From a virus (taxonomy: Duplodnaviria > Caudoviricetes), in the IMG/VR virus record IMGVR_UViG_3300020403_004398, positions 1 to 64,000 of that record: 64,000 bases of DNA; one strand, given 5' to 3'. The notes below the pieces were generated by a model, which was not told where the DNA came from, searched no databases, and worked only from the letters and a program-made list of their open reading frames with translations. A program made the translations under genes and the position numbers. Below, in pieces: positions 17,939-27,117 of the stretch. How positions within the stretch are numbered: the first letter of the stretch is position 1; each line of letters starts with the position of its first letter.

Positions 17939-18870
17939 AAAAAAATATTCTTATAATGGGGGGCTGTGGGTATATAGGAAGTCGGCTTTATGAGAGCTTG
18001 TCCAAGAAATACAAAGTTGATTCCTGGGATCTTGAATGGTATGGCAACCCTGCAAATATAAAAAACAAAAAAGTAGACTTGCAACACATAACGCGAGAGG
18101 ATATCTCTAGCTACACTCACGTTATTTTACTCGCAGGCCATTCAAGCGTGAAGATGTGTGAAAACAACTCTCTTTCAACCATCAAAAACAACGTTATAAA
18201 CTTTATAAAAATATTAGAACTTTTAACAAAAGAGCAGATTTTTATATACGCAAGTAGTTCATCTGTTTATGGCGACACAGAGACACGTAAAGTAAATGAG
18301 GAGTATATTAGTTTTAGGCCAAACAATTTTTATGACCTATCGAAACATGAGGTGGACTCATATGCTCAGCTTTCTCAAAAAGCGTATTTTGGGTTAAGAT
18401 TTGGCACGGTCAACGGGCCTTCTCCCAATCTGAGGAACGACATAATGATAAATGCGATGACATACAACGCTATCGAGAACGGAAAAATATTTTGTTTCAA
18501 CCCAGAGATTAATAGGCCAATATTAGGTATCTCTGACCTGTGCCGCGCTTTTGACGTTTTGATAGAAAAAGCAAAGTTTTCTAATAGGGGGATTTACAAC
18601 TTAGCATCGTTTAATTCAGACGTCCGTACGATCGCCTCAAAGGTAGCGAGTGAGACTGGCGCAGAATTAGAAGTAGTGGACTCCCCTCCAGATAATATTA
18701 CAAATGTAAAGTTGCAATCAAAAACTTACGATTTTTTAATTGATAGCACAAAATTTGTTAAAAAGTTTGATTTCTCTTTTGAGGATACAGTAGGGACAAT
18801 AGTGAAATCATTAGTTGATAAATATCATGAATTACGTAAAGGAAATAGATCAAATGCAAAATTATACTGA
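17932..18870 (+). CDS. NAD-dependent epimerase/dehydratase (SDR)
   Basis: GGCGYIG, FYDLSK, LRFGTVNGPSPNLRND. Confidence 0.88.
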   Translation: MVEKNILIMGGCGYIGSRLYESLSKKYKVDSWDLEWYGNPANIKNKKVDLQHITREDISSYTHVILLAGHSSVKMCENNSLSTIKNNVINFIKILELLTKEQIFIYASSSSVYGDTETRKVNEEYISFRPNNFYDLSKHEVDSYAQLSQKAYFGLRFGTVNGPSPNLRNDIMINAMTYNAIENGKIFCFNPEINRPILGISDLCRAFDVLIEKAKFSNRGIYNLASFNSDVRTIASKVASETGAELEVVDSPPDNITNVKLQSKTYDFLIDSTKFVKKFDFSFEDTVGTIVKSLVDKYHELRKGNRSNAKLY

Positions 18871-20053
18871 AATAAACGAGTGTCGAGTTTGTAGCAGCAG
18901 CAACCTGCAGGAAGTACTAGATTTAAATGAACAGCCCTTGGCAAACAGCTATCACAAGGGAGAACCCTTGGAAAGCTTTCCTTTGAAGATCAACGTTTGC
19001 GAAGAATGTCACCACGTTCAACTAAGTGTCGTTGTAGATCCAGATTTGATGTTTAAAGAGTACCTTTATGTTAGTGGTACCAGTAAAACACTGCATGAGT
19101 ACTTTGAAAATTTTGTTTCACTATGCGAAGAGTATGTGCATTCAAAAGGAAATGTGCTAGATATTGCCTGCAATGACGGAACTCAACTTGATAAATTTAA
19201 AGCAAGGGGTTGGAACACTTTCGGAGTCGACCCGGCGGTTAACTTATATCCTTTAAGCAGTAAACAACATAGTATCGAGTGTGATTATTGGGACGAACAA
19301 GTTGCACTAAATTTTGAACAAAAATTTAAAATAATCACCGCACAAAATGTTTTTGCACACGTACATGATATACATGATTTTTTGAAGTGTTGTCACTTGT
19401 CTCTTGAGGAGGATGGCCACTTGTTCATACAAACTTCGCAAGCAGATATGATCATAAATGATCAATTCGACACCGTGTATCACGAGCATTTATCATTTTT
19501 TAACTCAAAATCGATGAAAAAGGCAGCAAATCTTAATGGTTTTTCACTTATAGACGTTCGTAATGAAGATATTCACGGCGGCAGTTACGTGTTTGTCTTG
19601 AGAAAGGGTAGGCACAGCGAAGCGAAATCCATGAAAAAGATACTAAAAGAGGCAAAAACAGGCCTGTTTTTACCTGAAACTTATGTAAAATATGCACAAA
19701 ACTGCTTAAAAGTGGTAAAAGATTTCCAAAAACAAGTGGAAGAACACAGAAGAAATGGCTTTAAGGTGGTCGGATACGGCGCCGCCGCAAAAGGTAATAC
19801 TTTTTTAAACTTCGCAAACATAAAATTAGATTATATTGTAGACGACAACCCACTAAAACAAGGCTTAAGCACCCCAGGAATGAACATACCTATAAAAAAC
19901 CCGAACACGATAGGTGAGGAAGAGCACGAAAAATTAGTGATAGTGCCTTTAGCATGGAACTTTTTTGAAGAAATAAGGAATAAAGCAAATACTATCGCGG
20001 GTAAAAGCTTGCGTTTTATAAAATATTTTCCAAAAATGGAGATTGTAACATGA
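18854..20053 (+). CDS. NDP-sugar C-methyltransferase (Zn-binding, SAM-dependent)
   Basis: CRVC...CEECHHVQL, DIACNDG, NVFAH, YHEH, HGGS, GYGAAAKG. Start placed at ATG 18854. Confidence 0.9.
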   Translation: MQNYTEINECRVCSSSNLQEVLDLNEQPLANSYHKGEPLESFPLKINVCEECHHVQLSVVVDPDLMFKEYLYVSGTSKTLHEYFENFVSLCEEYVHSKGNVLDIACNDGTQLDKFKARGWNTFGVDPAVNLYPLSSKQHSIECDYWDEQVALNFEQKFKIITAQNVFAHVHDIHDFLKCCHLSLEEDGHLFIQTSQADMIINDQFDTVYHEHLSFFNSKSMKKAANLNGFSLIDVRNEDIHGGSYVFVLRKGRHSEAKSMKKILKEAKTGLFLPETYVKYAQNCLKVVKDFQKQVEEHRRNGFKVVGYGAAAKGNTFLNFANIKLDYIVDDNPLKQGLSTPGMNIPIKNPNTIGEEEHEKLVIVPLAWNFFEEIRNKANTIAGKSLRFIKYFPKMEIVT

Positions 20054-20841
20054 AAATCGCAGTGCTTATAACAGGGCAAATGAGAGATTACAAAGTTAAT
20101 GCAAACAATCACTTGAAACATGTGATAGAAAACAACGATGCTGATGTTTTCGTATATGCTTGCAACAAAAACACATTACACACAGTAGGGAGAAACATAG
20201 ACCAAAAATATGTAGAGACAACCTCTGCCACAAAAGAAGCACTAAAAAAAGAAATACAAGAAATTTATGGAGAAAATTTAAAAAGAGTTTTTGTCGACGA
20301 AAATGAAAATTTAGATGACAGCGATTTTGGAACCCTTGGTTATTTTAAAAGAAAAATGAACAATCAGATGTCAAATATAAGAAAAGGTTTTCAGATGGCC
20401 ATGTCCCATTCAGAAGAAAATAAATTTGAATACGATATAGTTGTTAGGTTGCGTCCCGACAATTCTATGTTACCATTACCACTATCTTTAAAAAATTTAA
20501 AGTTGCAAGAAGGGGTTTTGTATAGTACAATATATCCAAGTGGCCATCGGGATCCCTGGTTCTTTTCTTTTGCAAAGCCGTCAACATTTGAAAAGTACTG
20601 CTCGTTTGTTTATATGGATGGTTGCGATGAAAGTAGAACAGACAACAACTTTGATTGCCCTGAGTTGGCACTAGAGAAGTTTCTAGCAGAAAAACAAATA
20701 GAAATAGCTTTGCTGAACAGTGTGTGTCTGCCTTTTTATCAGTATGACAAGACCAAACCAATAACAAATTTTCCGTATGTCAATATACAAGAAAAGCTGA
20801 TAGATGCTTCTGGAAATTTGGTTGATGTGAAGACAGGATAA
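20050..20841 (+). CDS. Putative glycosyltransferase-like protein
   Basis: KIAVLITGQMR...YDIVVRLRPD pattern typical of viral glyco-cluster proteins; supported by context. Confidence 0.55.
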   Translation: MKIAVLITGQMRDYKVNANNHLKHVIENNDADVFVYACNKNTLHTVGRNIDQKYVETTSATKEALKKEIQEIYGENLKRVFVDENENLDDSDFGTLGYFKRKMNNQMSNIRKGFQMAMSHSEENKFEYDIVVRLRPDNSMLPLPLSLKNLKLQEGVLYSTIYPSGHRDPWFFSFAKPSTFEKYCSFVYMDGCDESRTDNNFDCPELALEKFLAEKQIEIALLNSVCLPFYQYDKTKPITNFPYVNIQEKLIDASGNLVDVKTG

Positions 20842-20845
20842 AAAG

Positions 20846-21679
20846 ATGGTTTTAGTGCAATTAACAAATGGCTTTGGAAACAACTTGTTTCAATACAATG
20901 CCGCAAGGCTTTTAGCTGAATATCACAATCAAGATGTTTATGCAATACCGCCGAGTCAAGATTACTATGCTGTGCCTTGTCTCAAAAAGTTAGGAATCAA
21001 GTTTTTTGACGGGCAAGATAAGGTGTCTTCTTTGATTGGTGTGAATGACGCGAACTATAATTATTTTTTTGATAAGCAGTTTTTAAGTTATAACTTTATG
21101 CTAAATGGATATTTTGAGGATTACACCTACTATAAAGAGCACATTCAAGATATTAAAAAGTGGTACCCAAAAGTAAACAAGAGAGGGAATAACGATCTAG
21201 TGATTCATTTCCGTGCCGGCGACAGATTGTTTTACAAAAACGAATTTGATTCAAAGCCTTCGGTAAAATCATACCTGAAAGCAATAGAACAGTTTGACTT
21301 TGAAGATTTACACATTGTTACAGATATGCCAAAATGGGAAGAGATAACAGAGTTAGATCTAGCAAAGATGAAATTTCACAAGGATGTGCCAAAAGAACAG
21401 AGCGTGGCCCCTGCGGATTCTGTCAGGTATTTTAATTCGTTCGTCGAAGGTCTTTCGAAGTACAATCCGACAGTTAAAAAAAGAACAGTAGGAGAAGATT
21501 TTGAATTCATTAGAACGTTCAACAATATCCTCTTTCAGCACGGCACTCTGGGCTGGTGGGCCGCCGCATTGAGCGAGGCACAGCATGTTGGAGTGTACGG
21601 ACCATGGCGACCATGGAAAGCACAATCAAATAAAAATTTAAGTGAAGTAGGCCTTGAAGGGTGGTTTAAATGGAAATAG
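20846..21679 (+). CDS. Alpha-1,2-fucosyltransferase-like (GT11)
   Basis: NGFGNNLFQY, GYFED, IHFRAGD, GTLGWWAA. Confidence 0.82.
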   Translation: MVLVQLTNGFGNNLFQYNAARLLAEYHNQDVYAIPPSQDYYAVPCLKKLGIKFFDGQDKVSSLIGVNDANYNYFFDKQFLSYNFMLNGYFEDYTYYKEHIQDIKKWYPKVNKRGNNDLVIHFRAGDRLFYKNEFDSKPSVKSYLKAIEQFDFEDLHIVTDMPKWEEITELDLAKMKFHKDVPKEQSVAPADSVRYFNSFVEGLSKYNPTVKKRTVGEDFEFIRTFNNILFQHGTLGWWAAALSEAQHVGVYGPWRPWKAQSNKNLSEVGLEGWFKWK

Positions 21680-22611
21680 AGAATAAAAAAATATTAATAA
21701 CTGGAGCTTCTGGCATGGTGGGTGCTGCTGTAAGAAGCCTGCTTCCGCATGCTTTTTGCCCCACCAGAAAAGAATTAAACTTATTATCTCAAAAAGATGT
21801 AGAATCATATTTTAATGCCCACTCTTTTGATGCGGTAATACACCTCGCAGCAAAGGTAGGAGGGGTGCAAGCAAACACAAAATATGTAGCAGACTTTTAC
21901 GCAGAAAATATTTTAATGAATACAAATGTGTTAAGGTCGTCTGTTGATTCAAAAGTGAAAAAAGTAGTGTCACTTTTATCAACCTGTGTATATCCAGACA
22001 ATCCGCAATACCCATTAACAGAAGATCAGCTTCATTCCGGCCCGCCACATAGCTCAAACTATGGCTATGCGTACGCAAAGAGAATGCTGGAAGTACAATC
22101 GCGTACTTTGCAAGAACAGCACGGATTAAATTTTATTTGTGCGATACCTAACAATCTGTATGGAGAGAACGACAATTTTGACTTGGAGAACGGTCACGTT
22201 ATCCCTGCTTTAATGAGGAGAATTTGGGAAGCTAAATTAGCAGGAAGAGATTCTGTTGTGGCTTGGGGGGATGGTACTCCCCGCCGCGAGTTTACTTATT
22301 CCAAAGACATCGCAGAGATACTTGTATTTTTGTTACAAGAGTACGATAAAAGACCAGCAATAAACATTGGTAGCACTGAAGAGTGCTCCATAAGAGAAGT
22401 GGCAGAAGCAATAAAATCAAACCTTGGTTTCACCGGGCAAATTATCTGGGACTCACACAAACCTTCAGGTCAGTTTAGGAAACCAAGTAGTAACGAGTTA
22501 CTTATTTCTAGCGGGTGGGACAAAGATAAGTACACTCCTCTAAAAAATGGATTAAAAAAAGCATGCAAATGGTTTATGATAAACTATCCACACAACACTA
22601 GAGGAGTATAG
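21670..22611 (+). CDS. fcl: GDP-L-fucose synthase
   Basis: GASGMVG, HLAAKVGG, STCVYP, YAYAKR, PNNLYG, HVIPAL, REF. Confidence 0.93.
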   Translation: MEIENKKILITGASGMVGAAVRSLLPHAFCPTRKELNLLSQKDVESYFNAHSFDAVIHLAAKVGGVQANTKYVADFYAENILMNTNVLRSSVDSKVKKVVSLLSTCVYPDNPQYPLTEDQLHSGPPHSSNYGYAYAKRMLEVQSRTLQEQHGLNFICAIPNNLYGENDNFDLENGHVIPALMRRIWEAKLAGRDSVVAWGDGTPRREFTYSKDIAEILVFLLQEYDKRPAINIGSTEECSIREVAEAIKSNLGFTGQIIWDSHKPSGQFRKPSSNELLISSGWDKDKYTPLKNGLKKACKWFMINYPHNTRGV

Positions 22612-22614
22612 GCG

Positions 22615-23595
22615 ATGAGACCGAAGACTGCACTCATAACAGGAATCACCGGTCAAGATGGTTCGTATTTAAGTGAATTTCTCTTAAAGAAAGGCTACAA
22701 AGTAATAGGCTTAAAAAGAAGATCATCCTCTTTTAACACGGAAAGAGTAGACCATATATATGGCCACCCCAGGTTTCACATGGAGTTTTTTGACTTAAAC
22801 TGTGCAGGAAGCATATGGAGACTTATCAATAAATATCAGCCTGACGAATTCTACAATTTAGCAGCACAATCTCACGTGAGAGTTTCATTCGACATTCCAG
22901 AAAATACTGTTGATGGGATTGCTCTGGGTACAATGAGGATTATGAACGCCATAAGAGAAATAAAACCAAAGTGTAGATTTTATCAAGCAAGTTCCTCAGA
23001 GATGTTTGGAGACAATCCAGAATTTCCACAAAGCGAAAACACTAACTTTCACCCTGCCTCTCCTTATGCTTGCGCTAAGCTTTTCGCGCATAATCTAGTT
23101 AACAACTATAGAGAAAGTTATAACCTTCATGCTTCATCTGGTATATTATTTAATCACGAATCCCCACGACGTGGTGAGACTTTTGTGACTAGAAAAATAA
23201 CTCTGGCTGCAGCCAGAATAAAACTAGGCTTGCAGAAACAAATTTACCTAGGAAACCTCGATGCGAAAAGAGACTGGGGCTTCGCCGGAGATTATGTTGA
23301 AGCAATGTGGATGATGTTGCAACAAGATCACCCGGATGATTATGTTATATCCACAGGGGAAACTCACACAGTAAGAGATTTCTTAGATGCAGTATTTGAT
23401 CATGCAGGCTTGGATCCGGACAAGTTTTTGAAATCTGATCCTCGTCTCTTCAGGCCGCATGAAGTGCCCTTGTTGCAAGGAGACAGCACTAAAGCCAAAC
23501 TTGCTTTAGGGTGGGAACCAAAAGTAAAATTTAAAGAATTAGCAATAATGATGTACGAGAGCGATCTCGAACAAGTAAAAAAGGAGATTAAGTAA
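22615..23595 (+). CDS. gmd: GDP-mannose 4,6-dehydratase
   Basis: [50 protein letters not shown]. Confidence 0.96.
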   Translation: MRPKTALITGITGQDGSYLSEFLLKKGYKVIGLKRRSSSFNTERVDHIYGHPRFHMEFFDLNCAGSIWRLINKYQPDEFYNLAAQSHVRVSFDIPENTVDGIALGTMRIMNAIREIKPKCRFYQASSSEMFGDNPEFPQSENTNFHPASPYACAKLFAHNLVNNYRESYNLHASSGILFNHESPRRGETFVTRKITLAAARIKLGLQKQIYLGNLDAKRDWGFAGDYVEAMWMMLQQDHPDDYVISTGETHTVRDFLDAVFDHAGLDPDKFLKSDPRLFRPHEVPLLQGDSTKAKLALGWEPKVKFKELAIMMYESDLEQVKKEIK

Positions 23596-23596
23596 A

Positions 23597-23815
23597 ATGA
23601 AGCTATCAAATCAAGCAATGGGAGCCATCATGATGGCTCTGCAGAAGTCATTATTAGAACAGTCGGATATAGTCCCAACACTAAGATCTTTTGTGTTTGA
23701 GGTGTCCGAAACGGAGGAAGAAGAGTTAACAATTAAAAATCCTCCATGTTTTAAAATAGATGGGGAGATTTTCAACCCAGAACCTGAACACCCTCGCGCC
23801 GCGGGGTCTGATTAG
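23597..23815 (+). CDS. Hypothetical protein
   Basis: 72 aa ORF tightly packed between gmd and the FmdB-like gene. Confidence 0.6.
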   Translation: MKLSNQAMGAIMMALQKSLLEQSDIVPTLRSFVFEVSETEEEELTIKNPPCFKIDGEIFNPEPEHPRAAGSD

Positions 23816-24075
23816 TGCCAATTTATACATACAAGTGCGAGACTTGTAGAGAGATTTTTGATGTCCGGCACGGCATGTTTTTTGAAGGCCAGAGGTGTGT
23901 AAACCCAGAGTGCAGATCAGAACATGTGTTTAGGTTGCCGGCCCTTGCCGACACAAACATTAAAAACAAAACTTTTAGTAAAAGCAAAGTAGGTTCTGTT
24001 GTCGATAAGTATATAAAAGACGCAAAAGAAGAAATTAAAACAGAGAAAAAAAAGTTGAAATCGGAGGAGATGTAA
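23815..24075 (+). CDS. FmdB-family zinc ribbon protein
   Basis: MPIYTYKCETC...CVNPEC. Confidence 0.85.
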   Translation: MPIYTYKCETCREIFDVRHGMFFEGQRCVNPECRSEHVFRLPALADTNIKNKTFSKSKVGSVVDKYIKDAKEEIKTEKKKLKSEEM

Positions 24076-24371
24076 TGTGGCTGTGGCTTTTTATATCAAG
24101 CGCTTTGTTGAACCTGTTTTTGTTTCTGTACATAAGGTGGTTGTTGCAATCTTTGAGCTCAATCGGAGAAGAGGTACAGAAAGTGTACAGTATGGTATCT
24201 GATTTTGCTGCCCATACAAAGACAGTTCATGAGTTAGAAATGTTTTACGGCGATGAAACATTGAAAAAACTGATGATTCACGCTAATGAAATATCTCAAA
24301 GACTTGAAGAAATAGATCTCTTAACAGATGAGGATGAAGATGTTGAAACAGAAATTGAAGAAACCACGTAG
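24075..24371 (+). CDS. Single-pass membrane protein
   Basis: Hydrophobic N-terminus WLWLFISSALLNLFLFLYI followed by an acidic coiled coil. Confidence 0.65.
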   Translation: MWLWLFISSALLNLFLFLYIRWLLQSLSSIGEEVQKVYSMVSDFAAHTKTVHELEMFYGDETLKKLMIHANEISQRLEEIDLLTDEDEDVETEIEETT

Positions 24372-25047
24372 AAAAAGAACCAAAAATAATTATTTCACTA
24401 AAGTACACGAAGAAGCGATCGTAAAGTATGCACTTTCAAGCTGCAGAAAAGAAAAGACAGATCTGTATGGAAAGTTGATACAGCCGGCTTTTGATGAAAT
24501 GGTGAACAAAATAATTTTTACATATAAATTCAATAACTTACCAAACATAGATTGTTTAAGAGATGACTGTAAAGTATGGCTTACAACGATATTAGATAAG
24601 TACGATCCAAATAAGGGCTCAAAAGCTTTCTCTTATTTTTCTGTTGTCACAAAAAACTGGTTCATTCATAAGGTTAAAAAAAATTCAAAGAGAATAAAGA
24701 AAGAAGTTTCATTCGAGGGTCTTGTCGAACGCGGCGGTCCGGGAGTCTTAGGCACTTCAGACAACACAATGAATTATGTTGACCAAAGAGAAGAAGCAGA
24801 GTTTTGGTCATGTTTGCTAGTCCAAGTAGACAGGTGGGATACAGGCAATCTGAAGGTGAACGAAAAAGCAGTTTTGGATGCAGTGAGGGTCTTATTGCAC
24901 AATATAGAAGATATAGAAATTTTTAACAAAAAAGCAATTTATCTTTACTTAAGAGAACTCACAGGTTTAAACACAAAGCAGGTTGTAAACAATTTAAATA
25001 AACTTAGAGAAAAATACAGACTTTTTAAAACCAAGTGGGAAAAGTAA
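24340..25047 (+). CDS. Phage sigma factor, T4 gp55-like (sigma region 2)
   Basis: NYFT...AIVKY, LDKYDPNKGSKAFSYFSVVTKNWFI (region-2 signature), C-terminal helix-turn-helix-like segment. Start chosen from the GAGG SD. Confidence 0.72.
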   Translation: MLKQKLKKPRRKRTKNNYFTKVHEEAIVKYALSSCRKEKTDLYGKLIQPAFDEMVNKIIFTYKFNNLPNIDCLRDDCKVWLTTILDKYDPNKGSKAFSYFSVVTKNWFIHKVKKNSKRIKKEVSFEGLVERGGPGVLGTSDNTMNYVDQREEAEFWSCLLVQVDRWDTGNLKVNEKAVLDAVRVLLHNIEDIEIFNKKAIYLYLRELTGLNTKQVVNNLNKLREKYRLFKTKWEK

Positions 25048-25063
25048 TAAATTTTATTATTTT

Positions 25064-25070
25064 CTAATTA
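25064..25070 (+). promoter_or_regulatory. CTAHTTA motif (CTAATTA)
   Basis: 4 nt before ATG 25075; no SD present. Confidence 0.4.
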
Positions 25071-25074
25071 TTTT

Positions 25075-25386
25075 ATGGCAAAAAACACACTAGAAGATTT
25101 TATCGAGCAGGCAACAAAAAACATTATCGATGACCGTGCTGCAACAAAATCATTATTAATGGGTATTATGAAGTACATGAAAATCGGTGACGAGCGTCAT
25201 CGCGAAGTGGGACTCATAGCAGCAAAATATTTAGAAACACTTCAGAGATCAAACGAACAACTAGTGAAATTAGCAACGTTGCGGCAAAAAGGCCAAGAAA
25301 AGAATCAAGGAATCTCAGACCAAGATAAGCAAGAATTGTTTGATTTGATAAACGCAGAAAGCGAGGAAAACAAAAATGAATCATAA
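25075..25386 (+). CDS. Hypothetical helical protein
   Basis: 103 aa ORF at the start of the structural block. Confidence 0.65.
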   Translation: MAKNTLEDFIEQATKNIIDDRAATKSLLMGIMKYMKIGDERHREVGLIAAKYLETLQRSNEQLVKLATLRQKGQEKNQGISDQDKQELFDLINAESEENKNES

Positions 25387-25951
25387 AGTCCCATCAAACA
25401 AAACCAGCGTTCAGGACCAAAGTAAACAGAGAAAAGGCTATAAAAACAAACTAAGAGACAAATTGAGAGCCATTTTAGACGACGCAAAGAAAAACCCCAG
25501 GACCGATAAAAATAAAAACGGCCCTTTTTTTGGCCTAGTGTTGGATTCAAAACAACTAACAGTTGATGAGTTTGTTGAACTGTATGGGTCTAACAAGCCA
25601 TTTAAAGAACAGATTGTAGGAAAGAGGACAAAAGGAACAGTGCAAGAGGTGTCGGTACACGTTCCAGAAATCACAGGCGTTCTACCATTTCCAGATGACG
25701 AGTGGGCAGAGCTAAAAGACGAAGCTAACAAGATCTTGACCGGTGAAACACTGGCACAAGATGTATCAAAAGTTAAAGCCCTAATAACAAAGATTGAAAA
25801 AACAATAAATATTATTTCTATGTATCCTAAATTTTATATTTACCAACAGGCAACAATAACACCAGATTCTTTGTGCCAAGTTAAATTTACAGACAATCTT
25901 GAATCTAAAGGCGCAGGAGAATTTATAAGCGTAAAAGAGCAGGTCTCTTAA
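25376..25951 (+). CDS. Putative baseplate spike N-terminal (gp5/GpV OB-fold-like) protein
   Basis: FFGLVL...VSVHVPE...P...CQVKFTDN pattern and position before the gp25/gp6 genes. Confidence 0.4.
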   Translation: MNHKVPSNKTSVQDQSKQRKGYKNKLRDKLRAILDDAKKNPRTDKNKNGPFFGLVLDSKQLTVDEFVELYGSNKPFKEQIVGKRTKGTVQEVSVHVPEITGVLPFPDDEWAELKDEANKILTGETLAQDVSKVKALITKIEKTINIISMYPKFYIYQQATITPDSLCQVKFTDNLESKGAGEFISVKEQVS

Positions 25952-25974
25952 AATTAAAAAAAAGAGGTTTAACG

Positions 25975-27102
25975 ATGTCCACAGGCAAAAAAATAGAAAA
26001 AAAGAATCATATAAATTATAAGCCATATGAAAAAGCGAATGGAACAGGAAACAGTGTTTTACACGAGCCGGTACCCGAGTATCAAAAAATTCCAGGTGAA
26101 ACAATCCTTCGAGCCAGTGACTTTAAAGGCGGAGTAGACAACAACACCATGATAATCATGGGCCGCTCTAGAAAACCCTTTAGAAAAAACAGAGAAGGCA
26201 AAAAGCTGGCATTTGATGAGGATAAATTAAATGTGTCAGAGACGGGATTTGCCAGCCACATGGGCGCAGGAATGATGGACCTCGTCGTCGGCCGCGGCGC
26301 ACCATATCCGGTAAAAGATCCTTTCAACCCAACCGGCGAACCGATTTCAGTTGCACCACCACGGTATTTGCCGCCATTATACATTTCCGAAGTTGATGCA
26401 AATATAAGAAAGAATGTAACTCTTTCCGACGAAAGTAAACACTCTGGATTGTTGATGGACGCGGCCCGGGTTTATATAAGTCAAATGTGCGACGTTGATT
26501 CTCTCTTTGAGATACACAAAACCAAGAAAGACTCCCCAGTTCAGCTTGGTGCTTCATCCACTGTGGTTGTAAAAGCGGATAAACTTAGGTTTCATGCTCG
26601 TAGGGACATAAAGATTGTGGCTGGCGGAGACTCAATACGAGGCGCAACACTCAACCCTATAAACCCCGATGGCACTGATTCTAACGGCCACCGCATCGAC
26701 GTCCGCGGATCAATACATCTCATCGCCGGAAACGGAAAATATAGAAGCAAGAAAAACAAATTAGAAGAACAACAACCAATACCAAAAGGCGATAATCTTG
26801 TTTTGTGCCTGAAGGCACTAATGGCAGAAGTAAGGGCCCTTGGTGTTATTATGGGAAACGTAGTAAAGAATCAAAAACAACTTAATAAGGTTATGGCAAA
26901 ATCACCTCAATACACCGCAACCGGCGCCACCCTTGTCAGCCCATTCCTTGGTTTACAAGGAATGATTTCTTGCATTTCAGAGATGAAAGACATGTTACAG
27001 CTTTACAATCAGACCACCGCAAATTCAGTAAGTTTTGAAGATAAATTTTTAGAAAAACACGGAGAGAACTATATTAACAGTAGATACAATACTACTAATT
27101 AA
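25975..27102 (+). CDS. Putative baseplate hub/spike-related structural protein
   Basis: Beta-rich VVVKADKLRFHARRDIKIVAG...SIHLIAG segments followed by a helical tail; supported by context. Confidence 0.45.
   Translation: MSTGKKIEKKNHINYKPYEKANGTGNSVLHEPVPEYQKIPGETILRASDFKGGVDNNTMIIMGRSRKPFRKNREGKKLAFDEDKLNVSETGFASHMGAGMMDLVVGRGAPYPVKDPFNPTGEPISVAPPRYLPPLYISEVDANIRKNVTLSDESKHSGLLMDAARVYISQMCDVDSLFEIHKTKKDSPVQLGASSTVVVKADKLRFHARRDIKIVAGGDSIRGATLNPINPDGTDSNGHRIDVRGSIHLIAGNGKYRSKKNKLEEQQPIPKGDNLVLCLKALMAEVRALGVIMGNVVKNQKQLNKVMAKSPQYTATGATLVSPFLGLQGMISCISEMKDMLQLYNQTTANSVSFEDKFLEKHGENYINSRYNTTN
27095..27101 (+). promoter_or_regulatory. CTAHTTA motif (CTAATTA)
   Basis: 16 nt before ATG 27118. Confidence 0.4.
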
Positions 27103-27117
27103 TTGTTGACTAAGATC

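Noticed and set aside
5732-23595. Bacterial O-antigen or capsule locus on a chromosome
   Set aside because: No export, polymerase or initiating transferase genes; flanked by phage sigma, baseplate and replication genes with no housekeeping genes.
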